A stretch of 54,760 nucleotides of DNA, filler included, from Sluysia triapertura (lineage: Eukaryota), in the NCBI GenBank assembly GCA_046118255.1. It is 4 parts of 4 records of this genome, joined end to end, with 100 filler letters (N's around TTAATTAATTAA, not from the genome) between each part and the next. Parts side by side here need not be neighbours in the genome. Positions count along the whole stretch, not along the records: positions 25,928 to 43,462 come from JBJNIA010187611.1; 3 more parts are not named here. One strand, 5' to 3'. Below the pieces are notes generated by a model. It searched no databases and was not told the origin of the DNA. It worked only from the letters and a program-made list of their open reading frames with translations. Position numbers and translations under genes: made by a program. Positions 26,163 to 40,029 of this stretch are shown here, one piece after another. Position 1 is the first letter of the stretch; every line of letters begins with the position of its first letter.

Positions 26163-26299
26163 TATTGGGGTAAAAGGCCCAAGTGATATTTGGTGGGATT
26201 GACGGGCTGATAGCTCAGTAGTAGAGCATCGAACTGCGCAGCTAGAGTTTCGGGTTTGATCCCCGGTCAATCCATTTTAATCCATTATGAATTCTAACA
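26163..26299 (+). mobile_element. tRNA-containing mini-LTR
   Basis: TATTGGGG...GGGCTGATAGCTCAGTAGTAGAGC...GGGTTTGATCCCCGGTCAATCCATTTT...TTCTAACA; TSD TTAT/TTAT. Confidence 0.75.
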
Positions 26300-26694
26300 T
26301 TATTTTTTTATTATTATTATCATTTTAACAACAATTTAATCAATGTTTTATAATGGTTACTTTGAATAAATAGATCTAGTTACATTATATTTAAATTAGA
26401 TGCGTTAAAATAATAAGAACATCATCCATACACAATTTTTTTAATTTTAACATAGAGAATGTCTTATGTAAAAGGTATCACAATAAATAGTCATCTAAAA
26501 ACCAAATTTGAAATCAAAGTAGTGAATGTTTTATTGTAACATAAATCACAGCAACAAGATCATCTCGATTACGAGAATGTCTGACAATAAAAACAAATTT
26601 CACAAATACGACCAAAAATGAAACAAAACAGTTAAATCAAAGATTACACATCGAGAAATGAAGAAGCAGCAATTATAAAACAAGCTTTTTAAAA

Positions 26695-26803
26695 CAGTAG
26701 TAGTAGTAGCAGCAGTTTCAGTTGCATTAGCAGTAGTAGTAGTAGTAGTACCAGTAGCAGCAGCATTAATAGTAGTAGTAGTAGTAATAGTAGTGATAAT
26801 AGT
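26695..26803. repeat. (AGT/AGC)n trinucleotide microsatellite
   Basis: Visible tandem AGTAGTAGT/AGCAGC; explains the poly-Thr and poly-Leu ORFs. Confidence 0.9.
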
Positions 26804-27168
26804 AAGAAAATAAAAATATTGAAATCCAAAAAAGTGAAATGAACAATAAGAAAAAATAAAATTGCACATAAAATGAAAATTAGATAAACCAGAACAACTA
26901 CCATAATTTATCATGATTCAGATACGAAACAGAAACATTAAGAACTCAGTACTGACAAAGGCGTAACAAGAAAAGAAAATAGTCACTGAAAACAAAACCT
27001 ACAAAAAGGTATGGAAATAGATAAAGCTGGAACAAATTATAATCATAATTTCTGATTAAATTACATTTGATATTCATTTGATGTTAAAAAGTGAATAATT
27101 GTTATTAATAATCACAAAATTAATATTCAAACTGATAAGAGATGCACATAAATTTTAAAATTACTTAA

Positions 27169-27314
27169 TGTTGGGATACACGCCTAAAGTGTCATGTAGT
27201 ATAACTGAATATAATAAAAATGAAATTGTTAGACGGGGCTGATAGCTCAGTGGCAGAGCAATCAAACTGCGCAGCGATGGTCCCGGGTTCGATTCCCGGT
27301 CAGTTCATTTTATG
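27169..27314 (+). mobile_element. tRNA-containing mini-LTR, 3'-truncated
   Basis: TGTTGGGATACACGCCTAAAGTG...TGTTAGACGGGGCTGATAGCTCAGTGGCAGAGC...CCGGGTTCGATTCCCGGTCAGTTCATTTTATG; intact A and B boxes. Confidence 0.8.
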
Positions 27315-28803
27315 TAAAGAATAAAACCACCATCTTGAAAGAAAACCCATTTTTACATGGCCTTGTTCAACAATCGACACTTCATGAAATTGTTTCATTT
27401 TCATGTGCAATATCAAATAAAAGTTATTGTGGATATCCAATGTAATAAAATGTTTTTTTCCTTTGAAAATTACATAACATAAATCATATTAAAATTTATT
27501 TTTAAATTTATTAAGCTCAATTTTGAAACATTTTATTTTTTATTTTTGTGTTCATTCAAAATAAATTATAATAATTAATAATTTTATATTTGATATAAAT
27601 AGACTACAATTTTTTGTAATAGTAAATGTTTGTTTAAATATGATATGTTAATTTTAAAAATTCAAGTACCTTTTTTAAAGTACTTTATTATAATTTATCC
27701 AATTTTGGACAATGAATCTATTTTAAAATATTAAACATTGTTATAAAAATAGTTCAAGTATTGAAAATAGTAAATTAAATTTGAAAAATTAAACTTTGTT
27801 ATATATAATATTAAATTTAAATTTACTTGTTTATATTATTCGTTTTCGGTTAATGAAGCTTTCTATATGAATTTTTTATGTACGTAACTCAAAGTTATTG
27901 TCATTGCATAATTGTGATTGATAGTGGTCGTTAATTAATAAATGTTTTGTACTTTTGGATATTATTAGTAAATAAGAATGGAAACATCTTTTATGCAATT
28001 CTTTGTGACATTTTAAACTGCTTATACGATTGATAAACGAGGGTGGATTATTATTTTAAGAAGTTTAATCAAAACTAGATCTTGTCCTTGAATGGGCATG
28101 TCCAAATAGATCTCAAATTATATAATTATTATGCACTGTTAGAATTTAAGACAAGGAATTTATAGAAATAGATGTATACATTTATATCGTCACTTATTAG
28201 TAACCTAGTTTATTATCATATTAAGTGAATAATAATAATTGCTAAAAATTCATTTTATTTTGAGTATTTGAGAAATTACTTTTAATAAAACAATTTAACT
28301 TAGTTAAACATATTAAGTTAAAGTATTATGAAGACAGTCGTGTATTATAAATAATTATTTTTAGTGTAGGAACAAATCCAACAATACGAACTTTTTTAGA
28401 GAACTTAATACTGATGAATTAGTGTCATTTTGGATGTTAAAAGAATTAAATAAGTTATTTATACATAAAAATTTATACTAATATCAAAAAAATTGATGGT
28501 TATTTAGTTCTATCACATGATAGGTTGTCATCACAACCATATCAACGGACAAAACATTTGAAATCTTAAATTCTTAAGAACCTTATTTTCTAAACTTTTT
28601 TTAAAATGGAAACATTTCTTTTTAAATTAGACCTCCAATGTCGACTTGGATAGTTCCGGAGATGATACACTTTAGATTTAGACAAACATCAGGATGACAC
28701 TTGATTCATAATAAATATTGTGATTGTATATTATTGTATATATTTATAATTGTTAATGTATTTTATTTTAATTTGTAGTCAAATTTTGTAGACGGAAAAG
28801 TGA

Positions 28804-29400
28804 TGTTAGGTTGTCATTCAAACAACCTAATCAATGGTCATAAAACATTTGAAATCTTTAATTCTTGAGAAAAGAACCTTATTTTCTAAAAAAACTTACT
28901 TTATCTAAGAGGAACTTATTTTCTGAAAAAGAAAATTCCTTACTAAAAATAGAAAACAATGTTCTAGAACATTCTAGAATTCTGCTCTTCTGTGATAGGC
29001 TGTTTTATTTTTGTATTTAATGATTTTATTTTTAGTACTTTATTAATTAGGTTTAATTTATGAAAATAATTATTAAATTTATAAATATTAAATCACTTAT
29101 CTTTACAAAAGTGGACTTAAGGTCATTAATCATATAAATTGAACAAGAAAACACAAGAAGTCCTTATATTATACGAAATGTCAAAGTAACAATAAAACGA
29201 AAATAATAGATAAGATAACAAACAATGTTCATCTGATTATGTAAGAGACCATATCCAACATATAAATGAGCGACATTTCCGGCAACACAACATATAGGTT
29301 TTGATACATTTTCCGAGAGATTTTCTTGCCTCATGAACAACCTAGTTACCAATTCTTCGATACTATCAAACGCATCTATACTAAAGCTCAATAATAAAAA
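28804..29400. mobile_element. TGTTAGG-family LTR; 3' part homologous to 50100-50620 (-)
   Basis: TGTTAGGTTGTCATTCA start (partial duplicate at 28518); GTTCTAGAACATTC motif; GTGGACTTAAGG, ATTATGTAAGAGACCAT and GAACAACCTAGTTACCAA recur inverted at 50131-50493. Confidence 0.6.
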
Positions 29401-30483
29401 AGACTCTAAATAAAACATAACCATATGTCGTCCTCTAATTGACATAATGAACCTTCCAAAGGCTTGTTTCATTAATATACTTGTCTTTTTTGCAAAACAT
29501 CACAAGAATATTCTCTTTAGCCTTTAATTCATGTGAATTCAAACTTAAAATTCTAACTAATCTTGGTGTTTCATTTTTTGATAGTATACCGTAGGACTAT
29601 TTAATTTAATATTACACGATGTGCTTAGTGTTGCCCATGTGGTTACACGTTTCACAAATGTGCAACGGACTTTACGCATTTTGCTCTATAACTCTTTATC
29701 TGACACTTTCGAAAAAAGAAACGAGGAAATTCAATAAATAATACACTTTGAGAACGTTCATAATAATATTTTAAATTAACACAATGTCTTAAACTATCTT
29801 GCAAATTAAGCAACTTGCTGCGTACAATTTGATTATTTAACGTATAACAAATATAATCAACAGTTTTGCAAACACTCCTCTATCTGGTTGAGAACAATTT
29901 TCAAAATTACTGATATCTCTAATAATATTTTGAATTCCTCTAAAATCCTTTATATGTTCCATTCTGAAAAATGTTTCGTCTCTGTCATCGTTAATTCTGA
30001 TAAATGTTCATATCTAATATCGTCGTAATATATTGTAAATTTATTTAAAACTTGCATATGAAAACTCTTAATATATGAAATTAAAGTCTTATTAGCTTTC
30101 ACGTGAAAATGCATCATCTGAGAAGTAATCCGAATATTTGGCTATTTTTAAAATACTCAAAAATATAATTAAAAAATGTATAATATTAAAATTAAATTGG
30201 ATAATTTTTTTCATAATAAAAATTAAAATTAAAAATAAATTATAATAAAAATAATAAAAGAAAATTAGGACTATATTGTAATACTGAAGTAATCACACAT
30301 TCAAACAAAAAAGATGCGTAATTTATTTTTTTAATTAACGTATAATTTTTAATTAAAATAGAATTTTTTATTTTTAATTAATATCTAATTTCTAGTAAAA
30401 ACGTATTTGGTGTAATGTATTTTTATTACGAAAATTTGAATTATATAATTTTATAAAATAATCAAATATTATTGGGTTTATCT

Positions 30484-31228
30484 CTAGGATTTTATAAAGG
30501 TGACTAATATTAAATTTAACATAATTATTAGACATTTATTAATAAATTCTACATCAAATACATAAAGATTTTCTTTTTTATGTTTTGAACATGCTATACA
30601 AGTTCCTTCTTCACATCCTGTAATTAAAATTAAGAAAATTTTAAAATCAGTAATGAGAATAATAAAATTCTTACAACAAAGAAAGCTTACTTTATTGAAG
30701 TCATTTATGAGATGAGATGAATACCAATTTGTATTTTCTTTAGACAATCCGCAGATTGGTACCAGTTCGTTGAGTCCATGCGCGTAAGAACACTGTTCTG
30801 TGTATCTGGAACATTTACCTGAAGACGTCGATGGGTACGAACACAGTACACATTTAAGAAAACTTGATTTTTCTTTTACATATCTTTTTACATAATTACT
30901 TTTGATATCATTTGGATAATATAGCGTATGACCTTTTGTCATTTGGATGTCTAAATAATTCGAGGAATTAAAATGGGAATGGATTACATTTTGAAAATTA
31001 TTACAATGAATTATATCTTTCTTCATGAAATTTTGAAGCAATTTAACTTAGATTTGACTGATTTCGTGTTCATTCGAATCTTTTAATGAATCTTCATACT
31101 TAAATTGATTATAATTATTTGTTGTCTTTGGTGTACACTTTAATTTCACCATGATCATTTAGCGTGAATTTAATAGACGTAAATAAATCTGATGATTTGT
31201 CTAAATCTGGAAGACTCATACTTTTCAT
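30484..31228 (-). pseudogene. CCCH zinc-finger protein, probably disabled; paralog of 6746
   Basis: ORF contains FLKCVLCSYPSTSSGKCSRYTEQCSYAHGLNEL (C-x9-C-x6-C-x3-H + G..EL); MKSMSLP start at 31228; GTAAGC donor at 30690 and TTACAG acceptor at 30618. Confidence 0.7.
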
Positions 31229-31659
31229 TACTTTTAAGAACATACACTTTACAGATGGTTAAATTTTATTAAAAAATAAAAATAACAAAAATCATCAAAT
31301 TCATATCAGTAATAAGTTGTTTGTTTAATGATTTCCAATCTAGCTCAGGTAAATGTATCATTGTAGCACAAGAAAATAAATTACAATTGTTGTGATATAA
31401 TGTTACAAATAAGGAATAAATTCTAGATTGCCAAATAGTTGAATAAATACTAAACAATAATATAATTGAAAATTAGAAATCCGAAATAATAAATAGCAAA
31501 TGTAACTTCGCAAAACAAATACAGTGTAATATATAATTATATTTTGACTATTATTTTCTGAGATTAAATTTTTAATTCTAAAATTTTCTGTACGTTTTTC
31601 TGGTTTTATATTTTCTGTTTTATTTATTTAACTTATTGTATTAAAATTGCTAAATAATC

Positions 31660-31841
31660 ACATTTCATTGGTTATTCTGTTATCAAATTTTAACAAATCA
31701 ACAAAATTGGTTAACAAGCATGCTTTGCTGTCACATTATTTCTCGTTTCAAACTGAATTACACACAACAAGCAGCGAACACAAATGCCGAGCGGTACTAT
31801 TTTGATCCAGAAAATTGAGATCAACTGTCAGAGATGACAGT
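31660..31841 (-). promoter_or_regulatory. Palindrome + CCAAT promoter module
   Basis: ACTGTCA-GAGA-TGACAGT at 31824-31841; ATTGGTT at ~31668 and ~31706; ~600 nt upstream of the ATG at 31228. Confidence 0.55.
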
Positions 31842-32108
31842 ATTAAAATTGATTTTTGCAGGAGCTGTATAGTCAGAGAAACAACACAATTGAATGACGA
31901 CAAAATGTGATCAGAAATAACAATAATTAATAATAATAATAATAGATTTAATAAAAATAATTAAAATACGTAAAAATTCCTTTCTTTTACAATTGTTCTT
32001 TTCTTTTAATATAAAATCCCTTCTCTTAACATTCCCTGATTTCTTTGATATAGAAATATAAATAATGATAAATAATAGTGCATAAATTAAAAATGATAAT
32101 AAAATTTG

Positions 32109-32165
<57 letters not shown>
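32109..32165. repeat. (AAT)n microsatellite
   Basis: Perfect tandem AAT; others at ~21404-21441, ~38947-38983, ~42986-43015, ~54694-54760. Confidence 0.95.
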
Positions 32166-35100
32166 GTTTTTATAAGTAAAAGGAAACTATTTTATGTCGA
32201 ACAATTTTTGATAAAAAGTTAATAAGATTCAGTTATGTCAAATACTATCACAATCAAGCTTTTGTTAAAGTTGCATGACAACAATTTCACGAAAATAAGA
32301 TAATGTTATTTATTTTACTGGAAACAGTTATTGAAAATTGCATTCTGATAAATTCGAAAGTATATTCAGTCATATCAAACATTGCAAATGTTAAACTTCC
32401 CATAAATCATTGAAAGAACAACTTCATATTCTTAAATAAGTCGTCATAAATATCACTATAACTTTTTGACTAACGATTTTTAAATTTATTTTTTAATAAT
32501 TCATTTTTATTGATAATTACTTGATTTTGTCAGATTTATCATTTAAAAGTGTATAACAATATAAAATCTAAATTAATCGTACATTTTTCATCTTTAGATG
32601 GATTTGCTAAATATTTAACTCATGATAAAACATTATTTTTTTAATCACTGAGTAGATTATAACTATCGATTAAGTAATACTAATAATGCAAAATTTTAAA
32701 CACAAGAATGAAAATGAAACTTGTAAAAAATATAAATAAAAAAATATCGAAATGAATACAACTCAAAATTGCAATAATGCATAAAAAAACTAATATTATA
32801 ATTTAATTGCATTTCAGTGTAATGGATATATAAAAAATTAAAACATAAAATGATTAAAGTCATTAAATAAAAACATAGAGTTAAGTAAAATGAATATGAC
32901 TTATTTTTTATACATTGTATTTCAATTGCGTGATAATGATTATTTACATAAAAATGTTTAACTGAAAGAAGAAAAAGTAGATAATTGTGATTTTTAATAA
33001 CAAGACCTTTATACAGCTTTAATAATAATGTATGAACTCCGTACCCATAAACATTGTAAGTATTAAAAAGAAAAATTTGCGAAATAAATTTTCAATATAA
33101 TAATATTGTTAAAGTATAAAATATTCACGAATATTCACGTGACAACTTAAAAGACGATTAAAAACAAAAACGATTAATAATAGAACGCAAACCAAAACTA
33201 AGGAAGAAGGTACTAAATGAGTATTAAGAAAATATTACAGATAAAACATAAACATCAATGAAATATAAAAAAAACGTTTCATTTAAAATCTAAAATTAAT
33301 GATCAATTTCAAATTATTGTAAATAATAAATTACAAAACAAATTTAATAAAAGTGGTGATAGTGAACAAGTTTAACACAAATAAAATTTTGTAAGTTAAA
33401 GTCTTTAACGAAATTTGATAATAATTGGTTAGTGGGATTATAAAAATATAATCATCGATGAAGCTAATCATCACGACAATTTTAATAATTTATAAATATT
33501 GTAAGATATTATAAAGTAAATTTAATTTTTACTGATCCAAATCTTTTAAACCTAGGTGGTACTCATCGCGTACAACGTTTCTTTTTGTTGTGCAACCAAA
33601 CTGTCACATTGATTTGGATTTTTAAAAGTTATACAAGCATTTCAGGATGACGTGTGAATTATAATTATATTTATAATATATTTATTTAATTCTCAAAGTT
33701 AGCTTAATAAAAATTACCTAGTTATTTTAACCTTTTAAGTACGGGTCACATCAATAAACATTGTTGAATAACTCTGCGACAAAGGGGTAGCATCAGCAAG
33801 CGTCCTGATGAATTTACTTGTTTACTGCCGCTGCATAAATGTTGAGTATGCGTTGTTTACTGATTTTAGCATTTGGCTGTATCAGTTGTGTATAGTATGA
33901 TAGGATATTTTAGATTTGCTTGAATCATGACTCCTGCCTACTTAGAATTATGAAAGTCCTAAACTATGATTATGGATAAATAATTTACTAGTCTCGTCAC
34001 TTCATTATTTTCATTCGGATTTCTGTATTTTTTGATTCAGGCAATGATGATATAAGAATACTTGAGTGAAATAGAAAGTAGTGACTGCAGTTGTCTTGAA
34101 TTTTAAAGATTTTAAGTACTTATTACACAAATTAAAATTATCTTGAACAAATCACTAATTTTTCTTGACATTAAGGAATTTATTTAACTTTAACCAATTT
34201 AATTTCGGCTTAAGGTCTTTTACAAAATATCAAAATTCAAAATAAAACTGAAATCTTATATTAAACACAAAACAATAAACACAGATGACGAGAACAGTTG
34301 AATAATATAAAATTTGTTACTCACAATAAACAACAGGTTCAGTACTGTCCAATTTATTTTTGAAACCATTAATTCTGCACGGGTACCTGTTGGTGACGGT
34401 TGATGTAAATCATGTTTTGCACTGAAATCGCAATCTACTAGTAGTTTTGTGAAATTGCGTCAATAATTCTAAAACAGTATGTCTAACAGAACTATTTCCT
34501 TCAACTGAATATTGTACACTCTCGTTGTTGTACTTGAACTGTGAATGGTCCAGTGATTGATTAAACCTTTTCGATCATTGTAATCGTGATTTCAATCAAG
34601 AAAACCTTACAGTTTATATATATAAAACCAAATATAAAACACATAAAGATTTAAGATTACAATATAAAATTAATATTAGCAGCACATGAAAAATTCTGAT
34701 AAATGACTCTAGAGAGCATAAAACTTAAATTTACGAATAAAATAAATATTAACTGATTTTATAAGTTTGTGTTAGAATGATTAACATTAAATTGCTAAGC
34801 ACGATTATTAAAATAAACTTGCTAATGAACTAGTTAACTGTACATCATTAATTACAAAAGAGTTATAGTAATATATAAATTTAAGCATAGATCTCCATTT
34901 GAATCAGAGTCGTAATCCAAGTTCATTTCTTTTAATATTTTTAAATTATCAATTGGCAAAAACGTAGTAATAATTATAAGTATCTATTGATTATTTTTAA
35001 TACTTTTAAAACTTTTAAATTTTTATAATTATGAATTTAATATTTCATAATTTCATAATTTTAATATGTTAAATTACATAAAGATTATGAAGTATCTAAA

Positions 35101-38100
35101 AAGGCAAATTTGTTCCTGTTTCCGAAATAGTATGTTGAGTACTTATGTTGAATAATATAACGAAATAGGTAAGTGGTATTAGTAAAAATAACAATAATAA
35201 TAGTGATAAAAATACTAGTAACAATACTAAGATATAAACACACATACATAGAGAAACACTCAGGCATATGTGAAAACAAAATTACAAAATTTTGCAACTA
35301 CGATAATAATATAAGAGATTTAAACAATTACGATATTACTCGAACTGTGTTTATATATTTTATGTATTGTGTGGTGGTTTCATATGTTGTAGTTTACTTA
35401 ATAATTTGTTTACGTAAGATATGTTGATCAGTGTGAATGTTTACCTGTGATTATTATAAGTTGATCTAGAGGTCACTACAATAGTGATACTAGCCATGAC
35501 AATGATGAAGAAACAGTAATTGGCAGTTTTATTTGGTGAAATTTGAAAAATTATGTTTGTTTATAATTATCTGAGAGTAGGAGAAAGTCTTGTGAATGAA
35601 AATAAACTGAAGAGTCATTATCTCTCAAAGTTAAAATCGTTACTTCATTTGCTAGGGAAACCGTGCTTTGGTTGTATATTACTTGATTTTGTAGAAAAGG
35701 TCAAATAATAAATTCTGTCTAATAACAAACACTACTGATAATGAGAAGAAAATATTGATCGAATAATTAGAACTGAATTAAGACATCCGTCATATAATCC
35801 TAACTTGGTTTTTCGTGAAATAAATTCTTGAAACATTCACGTGAAATTTGAAATATATCAAATAATCGAAATAAAGTACGTAAAATGATGCTTATATATG
35901 TTTAGTTATGTATTTGTGAAATATTGTATTAGTATTTACATTTTTTCCAGGTTTATAATTATCGCGTATATAATTATAATAATTTTTAATTAAATAAAGC
36001 ACTTAAACTTTATGTAGTAATTATTATAATTTTATATTTTATTGTTTAAATTTGCAAAAATTACTTAAAATATTAAACTATTAAAGTTAACTTAATCATT
36101 TAAATATTGTTTATGAATTCTTTTTAAAAATTCTATAATAATTTAACATCACTAGAATATTTTAGTTGTGTTTTATTATTATTATTATTATTACATAATT
36201 GATTGTTATAATAATAATAATAATTGATATTATTAAATAATTTAAATAAATCACGTTTTCGCTTTTACACGGTTCAAAAAACATTGAAAATTAAATAATG
36301 AAAATAAACTGTCTTTGATCAAAAGGAACAAAGGTGTAAATCTTATTAAAATATAATTAATATATTATTTATCGATGTACAAACTCTGAAGCAGTTGAAA
36401 ACTGCTTCGCATAAGTGCCTTACATTTTATAAATGTTTCTTCAATCAAACCTGATGTACATTTTTTTAAAAATGATATATATATAGTTAGTAAAATACCA
36501 TTTTATTATAATTATTTTATTGCATAAAACGTTTATTACCTCAGATTTAACTCAAGCAAATTGATACTTGAGAAAAAGAATATTTAACTATTCGAAAAAT
36601 ACTCAGCAGTCTTATAAACAATATTAAACATAACAGTTTAAATAAAAAATTAGTATTAAAAATTAAAATGTAGATGTGAAACACATTAATAATATTTAAT
36701 ACGTTGGATGCCGATCGACACAAACCTCTACCTACGAGACAAATAGTAGCTGACAGCAAGCATGTTAAGTTAATTTAAAAGCAATATTTCCAAAACCATT
36801 GTCAAAACCAATTGTGAATATAAAAAATGTTTAACTAATTTTCATTTTTTTGTTTTAATTTTATATTATTCTTATTTACTGATAAATTTTGCTTTGTTGT
36901 TTAACTGTACGATTTAAATCGTTATATTTATTTATAACAATAAACTACCTAAATCCCTTAAGAATTATAAATTAAGTTTTCTATATTCATACTGTACTCT
37001 TGTATACTCTCATTTTTAATCACAATCACTTAATTAATATATATACTATTAGGTTTCGTTAAAACAACACAAACTTGTTTAAAATATTTTCATATATTAC
37101 GTGAATGTATAGTAAATACTTGTGAGATATTATATATGCTATTTATTGTAGAGTGGATTCAACAACTCGCACATATTATTTTCCGCATTGCTTTATTGTA
37201 GAAAACAACTGAAGACTTTACAAGCAATAGATCATATTTAACCGAACTATTCTCTAGAGCAGCGATTTATAACTATGAATTATAACAATGTACGATTTAT
37301 GATTTACTATTATCAATTTAGCATTAATATTAAAGAATATTTTATAATAATCTATAATAAATTTTGTTTAATTTATATTTGAAATAATAAAAATTATTTT
37401 GAATTTTATATATATTTTTTTTACTTTAGTGACCAATTATTATTTTTATTTTATCATAGTAGTCAAAGCATTAAGCATAATATTCTTGTTTTAAGACTAC
37501 TTTTATATTTCTGAACCTGGTAACATTATATTTCTATTGGTAATTGAATAGACATTTTTATGTAAATACTAACAGATTTAATAAATTTAATTTTTATGTG
37601 CTACATTATGAAATTGTTCTAAATTTTTGAGTTTTTCATTTCAATTTCATTTATAATAATATATTCTCTTGAATTTATTTCAATATACATAAAAATTCCT
37701 AATGTAAATTCTGCTTTATTTTTCAGCTTTTACTAGCTATTATTTTTATTCGTAAACACTTAATAAAATAGTTTATTTGAGGATGAGCCCACCTATAGAA
37801 GCCGATTTATATTCCTTAGGACAAGATTTTATTTACAGGATTTTGCCTCACAAATCAAAGAAGAAAGGTTATACCTTTTGCAAACTTTAAGATTAGATTC
37901 ACAAAATACGAGACAATTGATATTTAATGAAAGTTAAGTTATGATTCTTATACTAAAATCAAATTACTACGTCTGTAAAGTCTATTAAAAAAAACTAAAA
38001 CTGATACCCTAATGATGATTTTATTGATAGTTTGAAGCTACCATTAAAATAGCTATAAAAATTTAAGTCATATATTAAACTTTCCCTTAAAAATGCATGA

Positions 38101-38953
38101 AAACCTAATAAAGTAAGCTTACGTATTTCTCATGAAGAAATTGTTTTTTGAAAATATATATTCTGAGATTCTCTGAAACCAAATAGTATTAATTGAAGCT
38201 ATAAACGGCAATCGATCGATAAGATAGTTTCTGAAATCTTCGGTTATTATTATTAAGTTGATAAATCCAAATTATATCTTTTAACTCTGCAAATCTTGCC
38301 TCCTCTTATACTTTTTTTTGGCAATAAGAAATTAAAGCGATTTCCAAACAATTAATTTTCAAAGAACAATTATTCAAATAAGATAATTAATTATTTTCTA
38401 TAAAAATAAAACAATTATTTAGAATATAATTACAATTACAAAATATTATTATCATGTACAAAATTAATAATAATATTATTATTATATTACTTTACAGGTT
38501 ATAAAAATTATTATTATTATGGTATAAATAAATTTACGGATATTTTAAATATATTTATTCTATTCAATAAGCATTTATTTAAAAACAACTTGATTTATAT
38601 ATTCTATAAGAAAACTATATTGTGTTTTATAATAGTGATGTTTTAATTCTTAAAAGACACTTTAGTCTTTATCCATTTATATACTAGATTGCGTGAATGT
38701 ACAATAGGCTCCATGGTACACATATAATGATTCTTGGCAATTCACATTTAATTAGTGCTCTGGTATCAAATTAAGTCGTTTTTTAAATTCAATGTAACTA
38801 TGTTATTTTTAGTCAAATTAATTCTGGCCTTATGTAATATTGCAAAATTCTGTTCGATAAAGGTTAAATATAGCATTTTCTTTAAGTTCTATCACAATAA
38901 ACTGGTAAAATAACATTCTAATATATCAAATTTTAAATATTTTCCATAATAAT

Positions 38954-38984
<31 letters not shown>

Positions 38985-40029
38985 TTACGCATTATTTGAA
39001 TTAATTCGTAATTTTCAACTAAAGTTATTTCAGTTACATATTTTAATAATTTATTTTAGTTTATTTATTAGTTTTTCCTTGATTAATCGACTTTTAGTAT
39101 TTGTAAATTTCACTGCAGAAGCGTAGTGATATTTTAAATAAATCGATTTAGTAATTTAAATCTTGTTATCACTTTCATATCGCCATCTTAAAAATTATTT
39201 TATTGAAATTTAAAACAGGCGTAGCACTTATAACAACGTATTAAGTATTATTATAATAATTAAAAATTAAGTATTATTATTTTTAATAATAATTGTAACG
39301 TTTAAAGGGTTTACAAAATAATTTATTTTCACAGATTTTCAATTTAATTAATAAATAAATATTTACTTTGAAAAATTGTTCAAAAAAATAATTAGAAATA
39401 CAATATAACTTTAAAAAAGCAAATATTTATAATAAAAATTTTATAAAAAATTAAGCAATTTGTGAACAACATTTATGTTGATAAAAATATAAACAAACTT
39501 TATCGATTAAGCTATTAATTATCAGATTTTAATTAATCTTTCTAAATAACTCATAATTTATTTACATAATTTAATTGCATTAGCGTTATTTAATATTAGT
39601 TATAAAATTTTTTTCCACAATTTATATTTATTACAATGAAGCCTATCGTGTTACTTATTCTATTAAATTTATATTTGGAGAGTACATTTATATTATATTG
39701 TACAAAGTATGATTTTATATTTTTTGCAGCACAGGAGTTCACATTATCTAATTGGAAGTAAATAGTTCTATTGCATACTTATTTTATTTCGTTTCTTTGA
39801 GTCCATCGATTTTGGGTATTAAAGATCATGTGGCTCTTCGTGGCATTATTCCGTGTGATAACCAAACATTCTTAGGTTGTTTAAAACGTTCACTTTTCCC
39901 GTACAACTTTTACAAAATTCATTATAAATAAATGTCAGTTGAAACAACCTAACCTTTAGTTTACCGAAAAAAGTAAATATGCATTATGTACCATGCGGGT
40001 CCATATGAAATGTTAATTATAATAGAATA

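Noticed and set aside
26163-26299. Ordinary tRNA-derived SINE
   Set aside because: The tRNA part is internal, there is no A-rich or tandem tail, ends are TG..CA-like and TSDs are 4 bp.
26600-26914. Poly-Thr / poly-Leu ORFs
   Set aside because: Translations of an AGT/AGC microsatellite.
27236-27307. Functional tRNA genes (apparent GCG anticodon)
   Set aside because: Anticodon stem does not pair, copies diverge freely, and all sit in the same TSD-flanked repeat.
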